Source: Macrostomum lignano
Lineage: Eukaryota
Reading direction: 5' to 3'
DNA length: 64,000 nt
NCBI GenBank assembly: GCA_002269645.1
Contig: NIVC01000479.1
Coordinates: 62,001 to 126,000, forward strand
The position numbers and the translations under genes are program-made. Of the stretch, positions 24,959-37,895 are shown piece by piece. Under the pieces are notes generated by a model that made no database searches, was not told the origin of the DNA, and was given only the letters and a program-made list of their open reading frames with translations. Each line of letters starts with the position of its first letter. Position 1 is the first letter of the stretch.

Positions 24959-26269
24959 TACTAACAGTAGGCTAAATGTATATAAAAGTGTTTCAACATG
25001 CTCGATTTCATTTCAAGCCACAGGCGAGGGCAGCTGCGGTGGCACCCGGGGCATGCAGAACCATATCTATTTTGCCCATGTAGCAAGATTTTTCTATTAT
25101 ACTTATTTTTATCCAGAAATTAAATATAGATAATAGTAAAATTATTAAAACAATGTCATATTAAGTCTTCATAAAATAACTTGAATTTGTAGCATTAAAT
25201 TTTGTTTTATATACTATTATAGTCATAAAGCTAAGACCTACCTCTTTTATTGTATTACTTATTATCACATACAGATACTACTAGTTAGTAGCATATAGTA
25301 CTGATGTTATCTAGCAGTCCTTTGTGAATTATGATTATACATTTGTAGATAAATTTAAGTTTATATTTTGCATTCGCCTGAAGCTGTCACAGCGGCAAAC
25401 CCCTCAACTCTTTGTTAGCCCCCGCCTGTCTAGTCTGCTCTTATCAACTCTCTATCGCGCCCCTCTTGCTCCTGCCCCTGCCAATTCATAGAAGCTCCCT
25501 GCTGCAGCAACTCAAAACCCGTCTAGACTGATATACAACCGGATAGAAATTAATTAAAACTTACCATAAAGACGTTGCCTCTTGTCAGCCAGGAAAGTGG
25601 TCGATGCTGCGCTGCGTTTAGCCATTTTTGCATACAGAGAGAAGGATTATCTCTCTACCCCTGTTCTAGGGGTCCGAATCCTATATACTAAAAATGAGTT
25701 GTCTGTGGGTAGGTAGGTAGGTAGGTATGCGATAGATTTCAGAAAAAATGGCTCAACAGATTTTCTTCAAACTTGCACCATTCGATCAGAAATTTTCCTG
25801 GGACGGTACATGCATCTTGGCTAAGAAATTGCTCAATGTTAAAGGGATTAAATATTCGAAAAACGTGCTTTTTTGCAAAGGTCAAGCAGCTCTTTCGACC
25901 TGAAATGCGTTGTAAGAATGCTAGAGAAAAAACTGACTGACTGAATTCCAATTGTGATAAGGATTGCATCACAACCAGTTGAAAACAGTGCCGAAGAAAT
26001 GCACACAAAACTTGATTTAAATTGCGTAACCACATTGCTAACTTAAATTGAGACTGATACTGGCTGACTGAGAAATTGATTATGTCATAAATTTTAACTC
26101 TAACCGATTTGCAATAAGAATTTAATTATAAGGGCCACAATTCAAGGCAAGAGATACCATAGATGCGAACAGACTGGACTGCTAATGCTGCGACCTGGGT
26201 TCGAATCTTAGTAGTGCAAAAAGATTTTTTTATTCAAAAATCTTAAAAACACAAAATGCTAAACACAAA

Positions 26270-29130
26270 AAAGCACAATGTCAAACATTAAAGAGCCACC
26301 ATGTCAAACATTAAAGAGCCACCATGTCGACCATTAAAGAGCCACCATGTCGACCATTAAAGAGCCACCATGTCGAACATTAAAGAGCTACCATGTCGAA
26401 CATTAAAGAGCCACCATGTCGACCATTAAAGAGCCACCATGTCGAACATTAAAGAGCCACCATGTCCAACATACACATGACTCCATGTTGAACATTCAAG
26501 AGCTACCATGTCAAACATATACATGACGCCATGTCGAACATAAAAGAGCCACCATGTCGAACATTAAAAAGCCACCATGTCAAACATTAAAGAGCCACCA
26601 TTTCAACCCTAAAAGAGCCACCATGTCGAACATTAAAGAGCAACCAGGTCAAACATATACATGACTCCATGTCGAACATTGAAGAGCCACCATGTCGAAC
26701 ATTAAAGGGCCACCATGTCAAATATTAAAGGGCCACCATGTCAAATATTAAAGAGCCACCATGTCAAACATTAAAGAGCCACCAGGTCAAACATGAAAGT
26801 GCCACCATGTCTAACATTAAAGAGCCACCATGGCAGACATATACATGACTCTATGTCGAACATTCAAGAGCTACCATGTCAAACATATACATGACTCCAT
26901 GTCAAACATTAAAGAGACACTATGTCAAACATTAAAGAGCCACCAGGTCAAACATGAAAGTGCCACCATGTAACACATTAAAGAGCCACCATGTCGAACA
27001 TTTAAGAACCACCATGTCAAACATAAAATAGCCACCATGTGAAACATATACGTGACTTCATGTAAAACATTAAAGAGCTACCATATCAGACATATACATG
27101 ACTCCATGTCAAACATATACGTGACTCCATGTTAGACATTAAAGAGCCACCATGTCGAACATTAAAGAGCCAACATGTTAAAAATACAAGAGCCACCATG
27201 TCAAACATATACATGACTCCATGTCAAACATTGAAGAGACACCATGTCGAACATAAAAGAGCCACCATGCAAAACATTAAAGAGACACTATGTCTAACAT
27301 TAAAGAGCCACCATGTCGAACATTTAAGAGCCACCATGTCAAACATATACATGACTCCATGTTGAACATTCAAGAGCTACCATGTCAAACATATACATGA
27401 CTCCATGTTGAACATTCAAGAGCTACCATGTCAAACATATACATGACGCCATGTCGAACATAAAAGAGCCACCATGTAAAACATATACGTGACTCCATGT
27501 CAAACATTGAAGAGCCACCATATCGAACATAAAAGGGCCACCATGTCAAATATTAAAGAGCCACCATGTCAAACATTAAAGAGCCACCAGATCAAACATA
27601 AAATACCCAACATGTGAAACATATACGTGACTCCATGTAAAACATTAAAGAGCTACCATATCAGGCATATGCATGACTCCATGTCAAACATATACGTGAC
27701 TCCATGTTAGACAATTAAGAGCCACCATTTCGAAAATTAAAGAGTCAACATGTTAAAAATACAAGAGCATCCATGTCAAACATATACATGACGCCATGTC
27801 AAACATTGAAGAGACACCATGTCGAACATAAAAGAGCCACCATGCAAAACATAAAAGAGCCACCATGTCTAACATTAAAGAGCCACCATGTCAAACATAT
27901 ACATGACTCCATGTCAAACAGTAAAGAGACACTATGTCAAACATTAAAGAGCCACCATGTCGAACATTTAAGAGCCACCATGTCAAACATATACATGACT
28001 CCATGTTGAACATTCAAGAGCTACCATGTCAAACATATACATGACGCCATGTCGAACATTAAAGAGCCACCATGTCAAACATTATAGAGCCACTATGTCG
28101 AACATTTAAGAGCCACCATCTCAAACATATACATGACTTTATGTTGAACATTAAAGAGCCACCATGTCAAACATTTAAGAGCTACCATGTGAAACATGTA
28201 CATGACTCCATGTCGAACATTACAGAGCCACCATATCAAAGATAAAAGAGCCACCATGTCAAACATAAAAGAGCCACCATGTCAAATATTAAAGAGCCAC
28301 CAGGTCAAACATGAAAGTGCCACCATGTAAAACATTAAAGAGCCACCATGTCAAACATATACGTAACTCCATGTCAAACATTGAAGAGACCCCATGTCAA
28401 ACATTAAAGAGCCACCACGTCCAACATAAAAGAGTCACCATGTAAAACATATACGTAACTCCATGTCAAACATTGAAGCGACACCATGTCGAACATAAAA
28501 GAGCCACCATGTCGAACATAAAAGAGCTACCATGTCAAACATTAAAGAGCCACCATGTCAAACATATAAGTGACTTTATGTCGAACATTAAAGAGCCACC
28601 ATGTCTAACATTAAAAAGCCACCATGTCCAACATTAAAGAGCCACCATGTCAAAAAGTAAAGAGCCACCATGTCTAACATTTAAGAGCCATCATGTCAAA
28701 CATTAAAGAGCTACTTTGTCTAACATTAAAGAGCCACCATGTCAAACATTAAAGAGCCACCATGTCAAACATTAAAGAGCCACCATGTCAAACATAAAAG
28801 AGCCAACTTTTTGAACATTAAAGAGCCACCATGTCAAACATAATAGAGCCACCATGTCAAACATTAAAAAGCCACTTTGTCAAACATAGAAGAGCTCCCA
28901 TGTCAAACATAGAAGAGCCCCCATGTCAAACATAGAAGAGCCCCCATGTCAAACATAGAAGAGCCACCATGTCAGACATTGAAAAGCCACCGTATCAAAC
29001 ATAAAAGAGTTACCATGTACGAGCGTAGAACAAAAAAGAGCCACAATGTATAACATAAAAGAGCCACAATGTAGAACATAAAAGAGCCACCCTGTTAAAC
29101 ATAAAAGATACACAATTTCAAACGTAAAAG
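26270..29130 (+). repeat. 22-bp satellite internal to Helitron B1
   Basis: GAGCCACCATGTCAAACATTAA tandem units. Confidence 0.95.
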
Positions 29131-29194
29131 TAAGCGAATTTTAAAGGAGCCGCTATAATGCTAAGGAAATTGTCGCACTAGCTACTTATTGTCT

Positions 29195-29665
29195 GGTGGA
29201 TGCTTACTATTTGGGGATGCTATCTATCTTGGGGATGCTTGCTATCTTGGGGATGCTTGCTATTTGGGGGATGCTTGCTATCTGGGGGATGCTTGCTATC
29301 TGGGGGATGCTTGCTATCTGGGGGATGCTTGCTATCTGAGGGATGCTTGCTATCTGGGGGATGCTTGCTATCTGGGGGATGCTTGCTATCTGAGGGATGC
29401 TTGCTATCTGGGGGATGCTTGCTCTCTGGGGGATGCTTGCTATCCGGGGGATGCTTGCTATCTGGGGATGCTTGAAATCTGGGGGATGCTTGCTATCTGA
29501 GGGATGCTTGCTATCTGGGGGATGCTTGCTATCTGGGGACGCTTGCTATCTGGGGGATGCTTGCTATCTTGGGGATGCTTGCTATCTGGGGATGCTTGCT
29601 ATCTTGGGGATGCTTGCTATCTGGGGATGCTTGCTATCTGGGGGATGCTTGCGGTCTTGGGATGA
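29195..29665 (+). repeat. 18-bp subterminal tandem repeat of Helitron B1
   Basis: GATGCTTGCTATCTGGGG units; a more degenerate version sits at 43060-43345 in B2. Confidence 0.92.
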
Positions 29666-30278
29666 TTTCTTTTTGCAATGCACTTCATTTGAGCAGTTTG
29701 TCTGTTGTCTTTTTGAAGGATTTTTGGCTGTTTTTTTGTTACTTGTAGAGAACAGAGATTCTATCCAGATGTCCCCCATCGGGGGGCGAAGATTACTAGT
29801 CCTATATACTAAAAATGAGTTGTCTGTATGTGGGTAGGTATGCGATAGATTTCAGAAAAAATGGCTCAACCGATTTTCTTCAAACTTGCACCATTTGATC
29901 AGAAATTTTCCTGGGACGGTACATGCATCTTGGCTAAAAAATTGCTCAATTTTAAAGGGATTAAATATTCGAAAAACCTGCTTTTTTTGCAAAGGTCAAG
30001 CAGCTCTTTCAACCTAAAATTCATTGTAAAAATGCTAGAGAAAAAACTGACTGGCTGAATTCCGATTGTGATAAAGATTGCATCACAACAAGTTGAAAAC
30101 AGTGCCGAAGAAATGCACACACGACTTGATTTAAATTGCGTAACCAATATTGCTAACTTAAATTGAGACTGATACTGGCTGACTGAGAAATTGATTATGT
30201 CATTACTTTTTACTTCAATTGACTTGCTGTAAGAATTGAATTATAAGGGCCACAATTCACGTTCTCCAATTGAAAAGA

Positions 30279-30356
30279 GATAGCCAAGATGCGAACAGAC
30301 TGGAATGCTAATGTAGCGACCTGGGTTCGAATCTTAGTAGTGCAAAAAGATTTTTT
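30279..30356 (+). other. tRNA-like / Pol III promoter-like segment inside the Helitron 5' region (also at ~26152-26230 + and ~3810-3885 -)
   Basis: A-box-like TAGCCAAGATG (30281) and B box GGTTCGAATC (30324-33) have tRNA-like spacing and are followed by a T6 run. The cloverleaf is degenerate. Confidence 0.5.
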
Positions 30357-32541
30357 ATCAAAACACCTTAAAAACACAACAAAACTGCTAAACATAATAG
30401 AAGCGCAATGTCAAACATAGAAGAGCCACCATGTCGAACATTAAAGAGCCAACATTTCGAATATAAAAGAGTTACCATGTCAAACATAAAATAAGCACTA
30501 TGTCAAACATATACGTGACTCCATGTCAACGATTAAAAAGCCACCATTTCAAACATAGAAGAGCCACTATGTCAAACCTAAACAAGCCACCACGTCTAAC
30601 ATTTAAGAGCCACCATGTCAAACATTTAAGAGCCATTATGTCAAACATTAAAGAGCCACCATGTCAAACCTAAACAAGCCACCACGTCTAACATTTAAGA
30701 GCTACCATGTCAAACATTTAAGAGCCACCATGTCAAACATATATGTGACTTTATGTCAAACTTTAAAGAGCCACCATTTCGAACATTAAATAGCCACTTT
30801 GTCAAACATTAGAGAGCCGCCGTGTCAAACATAAAAGAGCCACCAGGTTAAACATTAAAGAGCCACCATGTCAAACAATAAAGAGCCACCATGTCAAACA
30901 TAGAAGAGCCACCATGTAAAACATTTAGGAGTCACCATATCAAACATCAAATAGCCACTTTGTCGAACATTAAAGAGCCACCGTGTCAAACATAAAAGAG
31001 CCACCATGTTAAACATAGAAGAGCCACCATGTCAAACATAGAAGAGCCACCATGTAAAACATTTAGGAGTCACCATATCAAACATCAAATAGCCACTTTG
31101 TCGAACATTAAAGAGCCACCGTGTCAAACATTAAAGAGCCACCATGAAGAACATTTAAGAGCCACCATGAAGAACATTAAAGAGCCACCATGTCAGACAT
31201 TAAAAAGCCACCGTATCAAACATAAAAGAGTTACCATGTAGAACATTAAAGAGCCACCATTTCAAACAGTAAAGAGCCACCATGTCAAACATAAAAGAGC
31301 CACCATGTCAAACGTTAAAAAGCCACCATGTCGAACATAAAAGAGCCACCATGTAGAATATTAAAGAGCCACCATGAAGAACATTAAAGAGCCACCATGT
31401 CAAACATTTAAGAGCCACCATGTCAAAACATTTAAGAGCCACCATCTCAAACATATATGTGACTTTATGTCAAACTTTAAAGAGCCACCATTTCGAACAT
31501 TAAATAGCCACTTTGTCAAACACTAGAGAGCCGCCGTGTCAAACATAAAAGAGCCACCAGGTTAAACATTTAAGAGCCACCATGTCAAACATTTAAGAGC
31601 TACCATGTCAAAACATAAAAGTGCAATCATGTCAAACCTAAAAGAGCCACCATGTCAAACATAAAAGAGCCACCATTTCGAACATTAAAGAGCCACCATT
31701 TCAAACAGTAAAGAGCCACCATGTATAACATTTAAGAGTCACCATATCAAACATCAAATAGCCACTTTGTCGAACATTAAAGAGCCACCGTGTCAAACAT
31801 AAAAGAGCCACCATGTTAAACATAGAAGAGCCACCATGTCAAACATAAAAGAGCCACCATGTCAGACATTAAAAAGCCACCGTATCAAACATAAAAGAGC
31901 CACCATGTTAAACATAGAAGAGCCACCGTGTCAAACATAAAAGAGCCACCATGTCAGACATTCCCAGTGGGAAATTCTGGTACGCCCAAGGGTGCGCAGA
32001 CCGCGGCGCCCGGTGGCCTGTGGCCGGTAGCGGGGCGCACTCTTTGTCCAGTCGGGGCGCCGGCCTTATACCCGGCGCCCGGTGGACTGCCCAATAAATT
32101 AAGGCAAGAATTGGTTTACTCTACTAACAGTAGTATGCAGGGCTTTTACTGATATATTTTGCTCTGGCAGCAGCCTAGCTTTCTGGTTGTTTCAAAATTG
32201 AATTTATTTCCAAATAATTTTCAGAGCTATCTGATTTTTTTAAGCAATTGTCTCTTCCATTATAAATTTAAACAACCTTGCTGCTACCTGCTTACGAAGT
32301 TTGCCTTTTGTAAATTTTTTTGCAGTTCTTTAGAAAATTAGTTTGAGTCTATGAATGAAATCGAATAAGAAACTTAAATGTAATGAAATTTGAATTTATT
32401 TAGCGAAGTTAAATGGAACTGATATTAAAACACAATATTAGAACGAAAAATAGTTAAGTTTTTGGCAACAAAGGTGTTGAAAGAATGTCAGTTTTAAAAT
32501 CATTTTGACAGCATTTACTCGTAAAATACGTGCTCTCATAA

Positions 32542-35503
32542 TTAGAAGATTTTAAATTGTCCATCATCCAGCTCTCGCTGATCTTCGGACCAGTTTGATC
32601 CACTTGATTCGGTTTCGTCATCAGATTCGAGAGAGCAGTCAGTGCGGTAGTTGGTTTTTGACTTTGCTGAACGGGGGCGATGGTTGTTCCGCTTTCGAGG
32701 CTGAGAATCCAACTGAATACTCGCTCGCTTTCTGGATTGGGAGCTCGGCTTTGCTGTCGCCGCTGGCGGCACTTCTCCCGCTGATAGTCGCGATGGTGTC
32801 TGTGACATTGGAAAGAAAACAAAAAATTACTGCATGCACATTTTATCTTACTGATAGTAGTATTTAATGCTTAGCAATCATAGTATTCATCGTTCATTAT
32901 TCAGTTTAGATACGTTTTTACTCACTAGGGAAAAAGAAGATGAATGGCTGTGTCTTTGCACGGCGCTGCCAGAAGCGGGACTTTGAGTCGCTGCCACCAA
33001 AGACCGTCTTTGCACGGCGCTGCCAGAAGCGGGACTTTGAGTCGCTGCCACCAGAGATCGTCTTTGCACAGCGCTGCCAGAAGCGGGACTTTGAGTCGCT
33101 GCCACCAAAGACCGTCTTTGCACGGCGCTGCCAGAAGCGGGGCTTGGAGTCGCTGCCACCAGAGACTGTCTTTTTACGGCGCTGCCAGAAGCGGGGCTTG
33201 GAGTCGCTGCCACCAGAGACTGTCTTTGTACGGCGCTGCCAGAAGCGGGACTTTGAGTCGCTGCCACCAGAGACTGTCTTTGTACGGCGCTGCCAGAAGC
33301 GGGGCTTGGAGTCGCTGCCACCAGAGACTGTCTTTGTACGGCGCTGCCAGAAGCGGGGCTTGGAGTCGCTGCCACCAGAGACTGTCTTTGTACGGCGCTG
33401 CCAGAAGCGGGACTTTGAGTCGCTGCCACCAGAGACTGTCTTTGTACGGCGCTGCCAGAAGCGGGGCTTGGAGTCGCTGCCACCAGAGACTGTCTTTGTA
33501 CGGCGCTGTCAGAAGCGGGGCTTTGAGTCTGGACTCCGGAAAGCAGCTGGCTTCCTGTGCGATGCGACCGCCCCTTTAATCGGTCACCGCCATGCTTTAG
33601 CTGCTGTCTGCAAGTATTTCTTACAGATTGTTCAGAGGGCCTGCCGGCTTCAGCGGTCGCGCCATAGATGAATGTGATTGCTTCTGTTAGGAAAAAAGTT
33701 GAAAGTTACTATGAATAGCATGCACTGTGCTCGACTAATTTCTTGATATTTAGCTCTAAAAGTCTCATTGAACGTTGATTAAGTAGACTTACTTTGGAAA
33801 TGGCTGAGCAGAGTGCTCTGAAATCCAAGCTGCGCATCAGTAAGGTTGGTCGCAACTCCAGCAGCAACAGCTCGGCTTCGCATGTCTGACCCGATTAAAT
33901 TAATAACCGCCTGCATCTCTTTCGACAAGCTCTCGTTAAGCATTGCCATTAAAGCATCGGACCACTTGTCTCGCTTGCATGAACGTAGCAGGCTCTTCTG
34001 TTTAGATTTTTACAGGTGAGAATACTTATAGATTATTATTTCAGTGATAGTACTAGTGCGCTTTGAGTAGTAGTTAGAGCATTTCTTCTAATGAAAAGAA
34101 AATAAAAAACTCTGTCATGAACTTACCAAAGTAGAAATATGTTCATTTGGACTGGAAGCGAATTGCACATATTTTTCCCAGGAGTTGATCGGCCAGAATG
34201 AAGGCTCAGAATTATCAGTTGGAATGTCAGCGCCAACAGGTTCCAAAAAGCGTAGCACGCTCTGCACTTCAGTGCGCATTGCGGTGATTTGTTTGGTCAA
34301 ACTATTTTCTAATGCTTTCAATTCATTCTTGCGCATAGTAAGTTCGCGTAGGGCATATAAGGACAGAAACTTGATGCCTCTTGGACTTTCCAGCTCAAAG
34401 CTAACACCGGCTTGGATCTGCTCTTCTAGTTTTCTAAGAAAGCCAGAACCAAAATTAAAAGATGAAATGGTGGGAGGCGACTTAGGAATCGTCGATCGAT
34501 CATCTGCTACGAACTCAGCTTCTATTTCAGCTTCCGCCTCAGCTTCCACCTCAGCTCCCATCTCAGCTTCCACCTCAGCTTCCGCCTCAGCTTCCGCCTC
34601 AGCTCCCATCTCAGCTTCCACCTCAGCTCCGATCTCAGCTTCCACCTCATCTTCCGCTTCAGCTTCCGCCTCAGCTTCCACTTCAGCTTCCGCCTCAGCT
34701 TCCACTTCAGCTTCCGCCTCAGCTTCCGCCTCAGCTTCCATATCGGCGTCTACGCCAGCTTCTGCTTCATCATCACTAATAGGAGGCATTGGCGCTAACT
34801 GTGCAATCGTAGGCGGATGTTGTTTAGGCAGCAAAGCTGGAGGTTGCAAACAGCGGCTGCTCTTATCTTCGAAGATTGCCTCGGAATCGGTGGCTGAGCC
34901 GTCTGACAGATTCTGTTTGGGATGGTTACGGCATGAGAAATTATCAAGTTAATGTCAGTTTTAAAGATTATTTTCACATTTAATTTCTTCCCTTTTCTTA
35001 AAAAATAGTTTAAAAGGTAAAACGGAGAAAACAAAGTTCTCGATAAAAATTATATGGGCTGTGCTTAATTTTACCTTAGTCTGGTAATGCCTTCGTGCTT
35101 TCTTCATGTCACGCTCCTGAAAGACTCTGGGTTGAACCAACTCGAGAATTCGGTTCAGTCGGGTCTTTTTGGCCACCAATTCACGCACAAAGCGGAAGCT
35201 CCCAGGCTCTAGGTTGTTGCTTAGTATTACCTTTAAATTAATGAGAAAATATGAGCGTACAAATATTAGATCGATTCAAGAATTTTAACATTTCAATCGT
35301 TGGGATCGGTTGCTTACCTGAATAATTAGAGCAGAGTAAAAACAGCCTTCATACAAGGCTTCACACTTCCACTTCTCAGTGGAGTCCCTCTTTTCTAACC
35401 ATTCCTCTTCCTTAAGGTTTTGAAAGCCTTCAGGAAGCTTCACTTCGCTTTCCGAGACCTCAACAATTTGACGGTCGTCTTTAAAGATCACTAAAAACTT
35501 CAT
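32542..35503 (-). CDS. CACTA partner gene (TnpA-like, DUF4806-type region), ~782 aa; complement(join(32542..32799,32926..33683,33793..33997,34127..34912,35075..35230,35318..35503))
   Basis: Six GT-AG exons sum to 2349 nt with no internal stop. Contains FWPINSWE and [12 protein letters not shown] motifs typical of animal CACTA second ORFs, an (AE)n acidic tract and in-frame 18-aa repeats. The domain assignment is from recalled motifs only. Confidence 0.72.
32945..33530. repeat. 54-bp minisatellite (~11 units), in frame within the CACTA partner gene
   Basis: GCTGCCAGAA recurs with period 54. It encodes [18 protein letters not shown] on the minus strand. Confidence 0.93.
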
Positions 35504-35867
35504 TGTAGCATGCAGACTAGACTATGCTAGTGCAAAACTGAGTACCAAATAAAGCAAGAGTTTGGAGCTCACACTATAGTTTATGCTTATTTAATGATTC
35601 AGTGGTTTAGGTTGCTTCTAGAAGCAATTGTCTTCTATAGTTCTTCGAATGAAAAAGGCCGCCCTGGCTTTTCCAATTTCATTGGCCCTACCGTCCCCGC
35701 ATCCATACCTGTCCAATCAGCGCGCACAAACCCCCAAAGGAATAGTTTTCAATTCTTCCCAGCTTTTGTTCATATCCTTTCTTTAATACGAAATAAGCAA
35801 TCGTAGTAATTACTTTATTATTATTACAACAGTCAACTATCATCAAAGTCTGATTCGGACGAAAACA

Positions 35868-37895
35868 ATGACAAGGCAATTGAGGCGACAAGCAAATAAG
35901 GATTTGCTGGGCTTGTTCATGGAAGGAGAACAAGAAGCTTTGGAAGACATCGCACTGCAAGAGAAAAAAAGAAAAGTATTCGAAGCAGATGATTCTGGGA
36001 GAGTCGCCGGTTTCATCGCTTCGGAGTCCTCTGTAGCAGAAGTCAATGAAGGTACGGATCCAGATCTTGACAACGACAATGGCAGCTATCCTGATTTTGA
36101 CGAGTTCGCGCGAGTTTGCAGCGATGAAGATGAGGAGATTGACAAGAAAGAGGATGACCGCTCTTTAGAAGATAAAATATTCGCCTTGCTGGTAGTCTAC
36201 TTTTCTTGTTTCAACCTAAGTCGTGGATCTAAAAAATTCCTTGTTGATGGTCTAAGAGACATAGGCTTGCCTGCGCCGAAGTCTGTCAACTCTATTGAGG
36301 CCGTCATCAATGCTGGCGATCCAACGGAAAAATTGGAGCCCATGGGAAAAGGCCATTTTCGCTACATTTCGATTCTGAAAAATCTAGAACTAATGTTTCG
36401 CAAAAACCAGCTGCACATGAAGCCAGAATATCTACAACACGATAGTGAAACTGAGAAGGTTTACAAAATTGAAGCCATCGTTAATTTTGACGGCTTGCCT
36501 TTGTACCGAGCAAGCCACTTCGGTCTTTGGCCCATACTTATGTCTATTCCCAGCATATTCAGCAGACCTTTTCCAGTAGCCGTATGGGCTGGTTGTGGCA
36601 AGCCACCTCTGAATGATTATCTTCGACAATTTTGCGACGAGGCTAAACGTTTTCTTACGGGTCCAATAAAAATTATCGAAAATTTAAGCATCAGCTTCTC
36701 GACTATCCGATTTGTTTGCGATGCGCCTGCTCGAGCCTGGGTCTCAGTAACTCAAGGGCACATGTCGTACGTCGGTTGCATGTACTGCAGGGCTACTGGA
36801 CCTTATACCGACAACAGAGTAACATTTTCAACGAGCGTCGGGGAGTCTCGTAGCAGCCAACAATACCGAGAGGGAAAGGAGTCTAACCAGGAAAATAAAA
36901 AAATCGCTCTATCGCCCCTTCTAAATTTGCCTAACATTAGTTTTGTCGATGCTTTTCCCCCTGACTACCAGCATGCCGTATGCCTTGGAGTCACAAGGAA
37001 GCTATTTTACCTATTTTTCGACAAATCTAATGGCAAGAAGTGTCTCGTCTATCCCGGTCCGATGAGCCTATTGGGCGACCGAATTACTATGGCTGCCGGT
37101 TGGACACCTTCAAACTTTCAACGAAGACCCCGGAAAATCGACTTGGAACTGAAGCACATGAAGGCTACTGAATTCAGACAGTACTTGCTGTACCTAGGAC
37201 CTGTCCTCTTCAAAGGCATTTTAAATGAAGAAAGGTATAACCACTTTCTTTACCTCCATTTCGCCATTTACGCATACTCCAACGAAAGGTACTCCAAGTG
37301 GTGGACGCAGGCAAAAACTTGCATTGAAGTTTTTGTTGAACGGGCTGCCCACCTTTACGGCCAGAAGTTTATAAGTTTCAATCTTCACACTATTCTTCAT
37401 TTGGATGAGTTTGTCCGAAAGCTAGGCAGTTTAAACAACTTTTCGACTTTCCCTTTCGAAAACTTTCTTGGATCTGTAAAGCGCCGCGTAAAGGTGACAA
37501 GGCACATGGCAGCGCATTCAGTTAAGCAGGTGCTCAGAGTTCGCGATCTTCTGTTGAATGAGCAGCGAATTCCACCGTTGAAATTCAGCACAAAGCGAGG
37601 TGATAATTGTTGCATAATCGACAAAGTATGCGTCCTAATCGAAGCTGTAAGTGAAGCTAATCAAGTCACTGGCAGGATTTTACACCCAGTTGACAACATC
37701 TACGCCAACCCATATCCATCTTTGCGTCTGGGAATCGGCTTGTACAGGATGACATCTGGTGTTCTAACTGGCACACCTGAGCGAAAGTGCTGGATTTTGC
37801 CTGCGAATCTGCTTGCCAATCTTGCTGGAGCGGACAGGGATCCAGCAAGCCATTTTTTTGTCATTCCTCTGACAGGTGACTCCGAGGAGGCCTGA
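35868..37895 (+). CDS. CACTA/EnSpm DDE transposase, 675 aa, single exon, uninterrupted
   Basis: NFDGLPLY..S...LWPIL (D), RFVCDAPARAW (D), GHMSYVGCMYC (CxxC), PDYQHAVCLGV (DxxH) and FPFENFLG (E) follow the animal EnSpm pattern. Confidence 0.9.
   Translation: MTRQLRRQANKDLLGLFMEGEQEALEDIALQEKKRKVFEADDSGRVAGFIASESSVAEVNEGTDPDLDNDNGSYPDFDEFARVCSDEDEEIDKKEDDRSLEDKIFALLVVYFSCFNLSRGSKKFLVDGLRDIGLPAPKSVNSIEAVINAGDPTEKLEPMGKGHFRYISILKNLELMFRKNQLHMKPEYLQHDSETEKVYKIEAIVNFDGLPLYRASHFGLWPILMSIPSIFSRPFPVAVWAGCGKPPLNDYLRQFCDEAKRFLTGPIKIIENLSISFSTIRFVCDAPARAWVSVTQGHMSYVGCMYCRATGPYTDNRVTFSTSVGESRSSQQYREGKESNQENKKIALSPLLNLPNISFVDAFPPDYQHAVCLGVTRKLFYLFFDKSNGKKCLVYPGPMSLLGDRITMAAGWTPSNFQRRPRKIDLELKHMKATEFRQYLLYLGPVLFKGILNEERYNHFLYLHFAIYAYSNERYSKWWTQAKTCIEVFVERAAHLYGQKFISFNLHTILHLDEFVRKLGSLNNFSTFPFENFLGSVKRRVKVTRHMAAHSVKQVLRVRDLLLNEQRIPPLKFSTKRGDNCCIIDKVCVLIEAVSEANQVTGRILHPVDNIYANPYPSLRLGIGLYRMTSGVLTGTPERKCWILPANLLANLAGADRDPASHFFVIPLTGDSEEA

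Larger units (their letters stand above)
25679..29799 (+). mobile_element. Non-autonomous Helitron unit B1 (complete)
   Basis: Starts A|TC (TCCTATATACTAAAAATG). Layout: 600-bp unique region, 22-bp satellite, 18-bp subterminal repeats, GC hairpin GTCCCCC-ATC-GGGGGGC (29771-29787), then CTAG (29796-99). No TSD and no Rep/helicase ORF. Confidence 0.88.

Noticed and set aside
30279-30344. Functional tRNA gene
   Set aside because: Acceptor and anticodon stems do not pair properly; kept only as a tRNA-like segment.
34185-34952. 255-aa plus-strand SASA-rich ORF
   Set aside because: Antisense shadow of the (AE)n exon of the CACTA partner gene.
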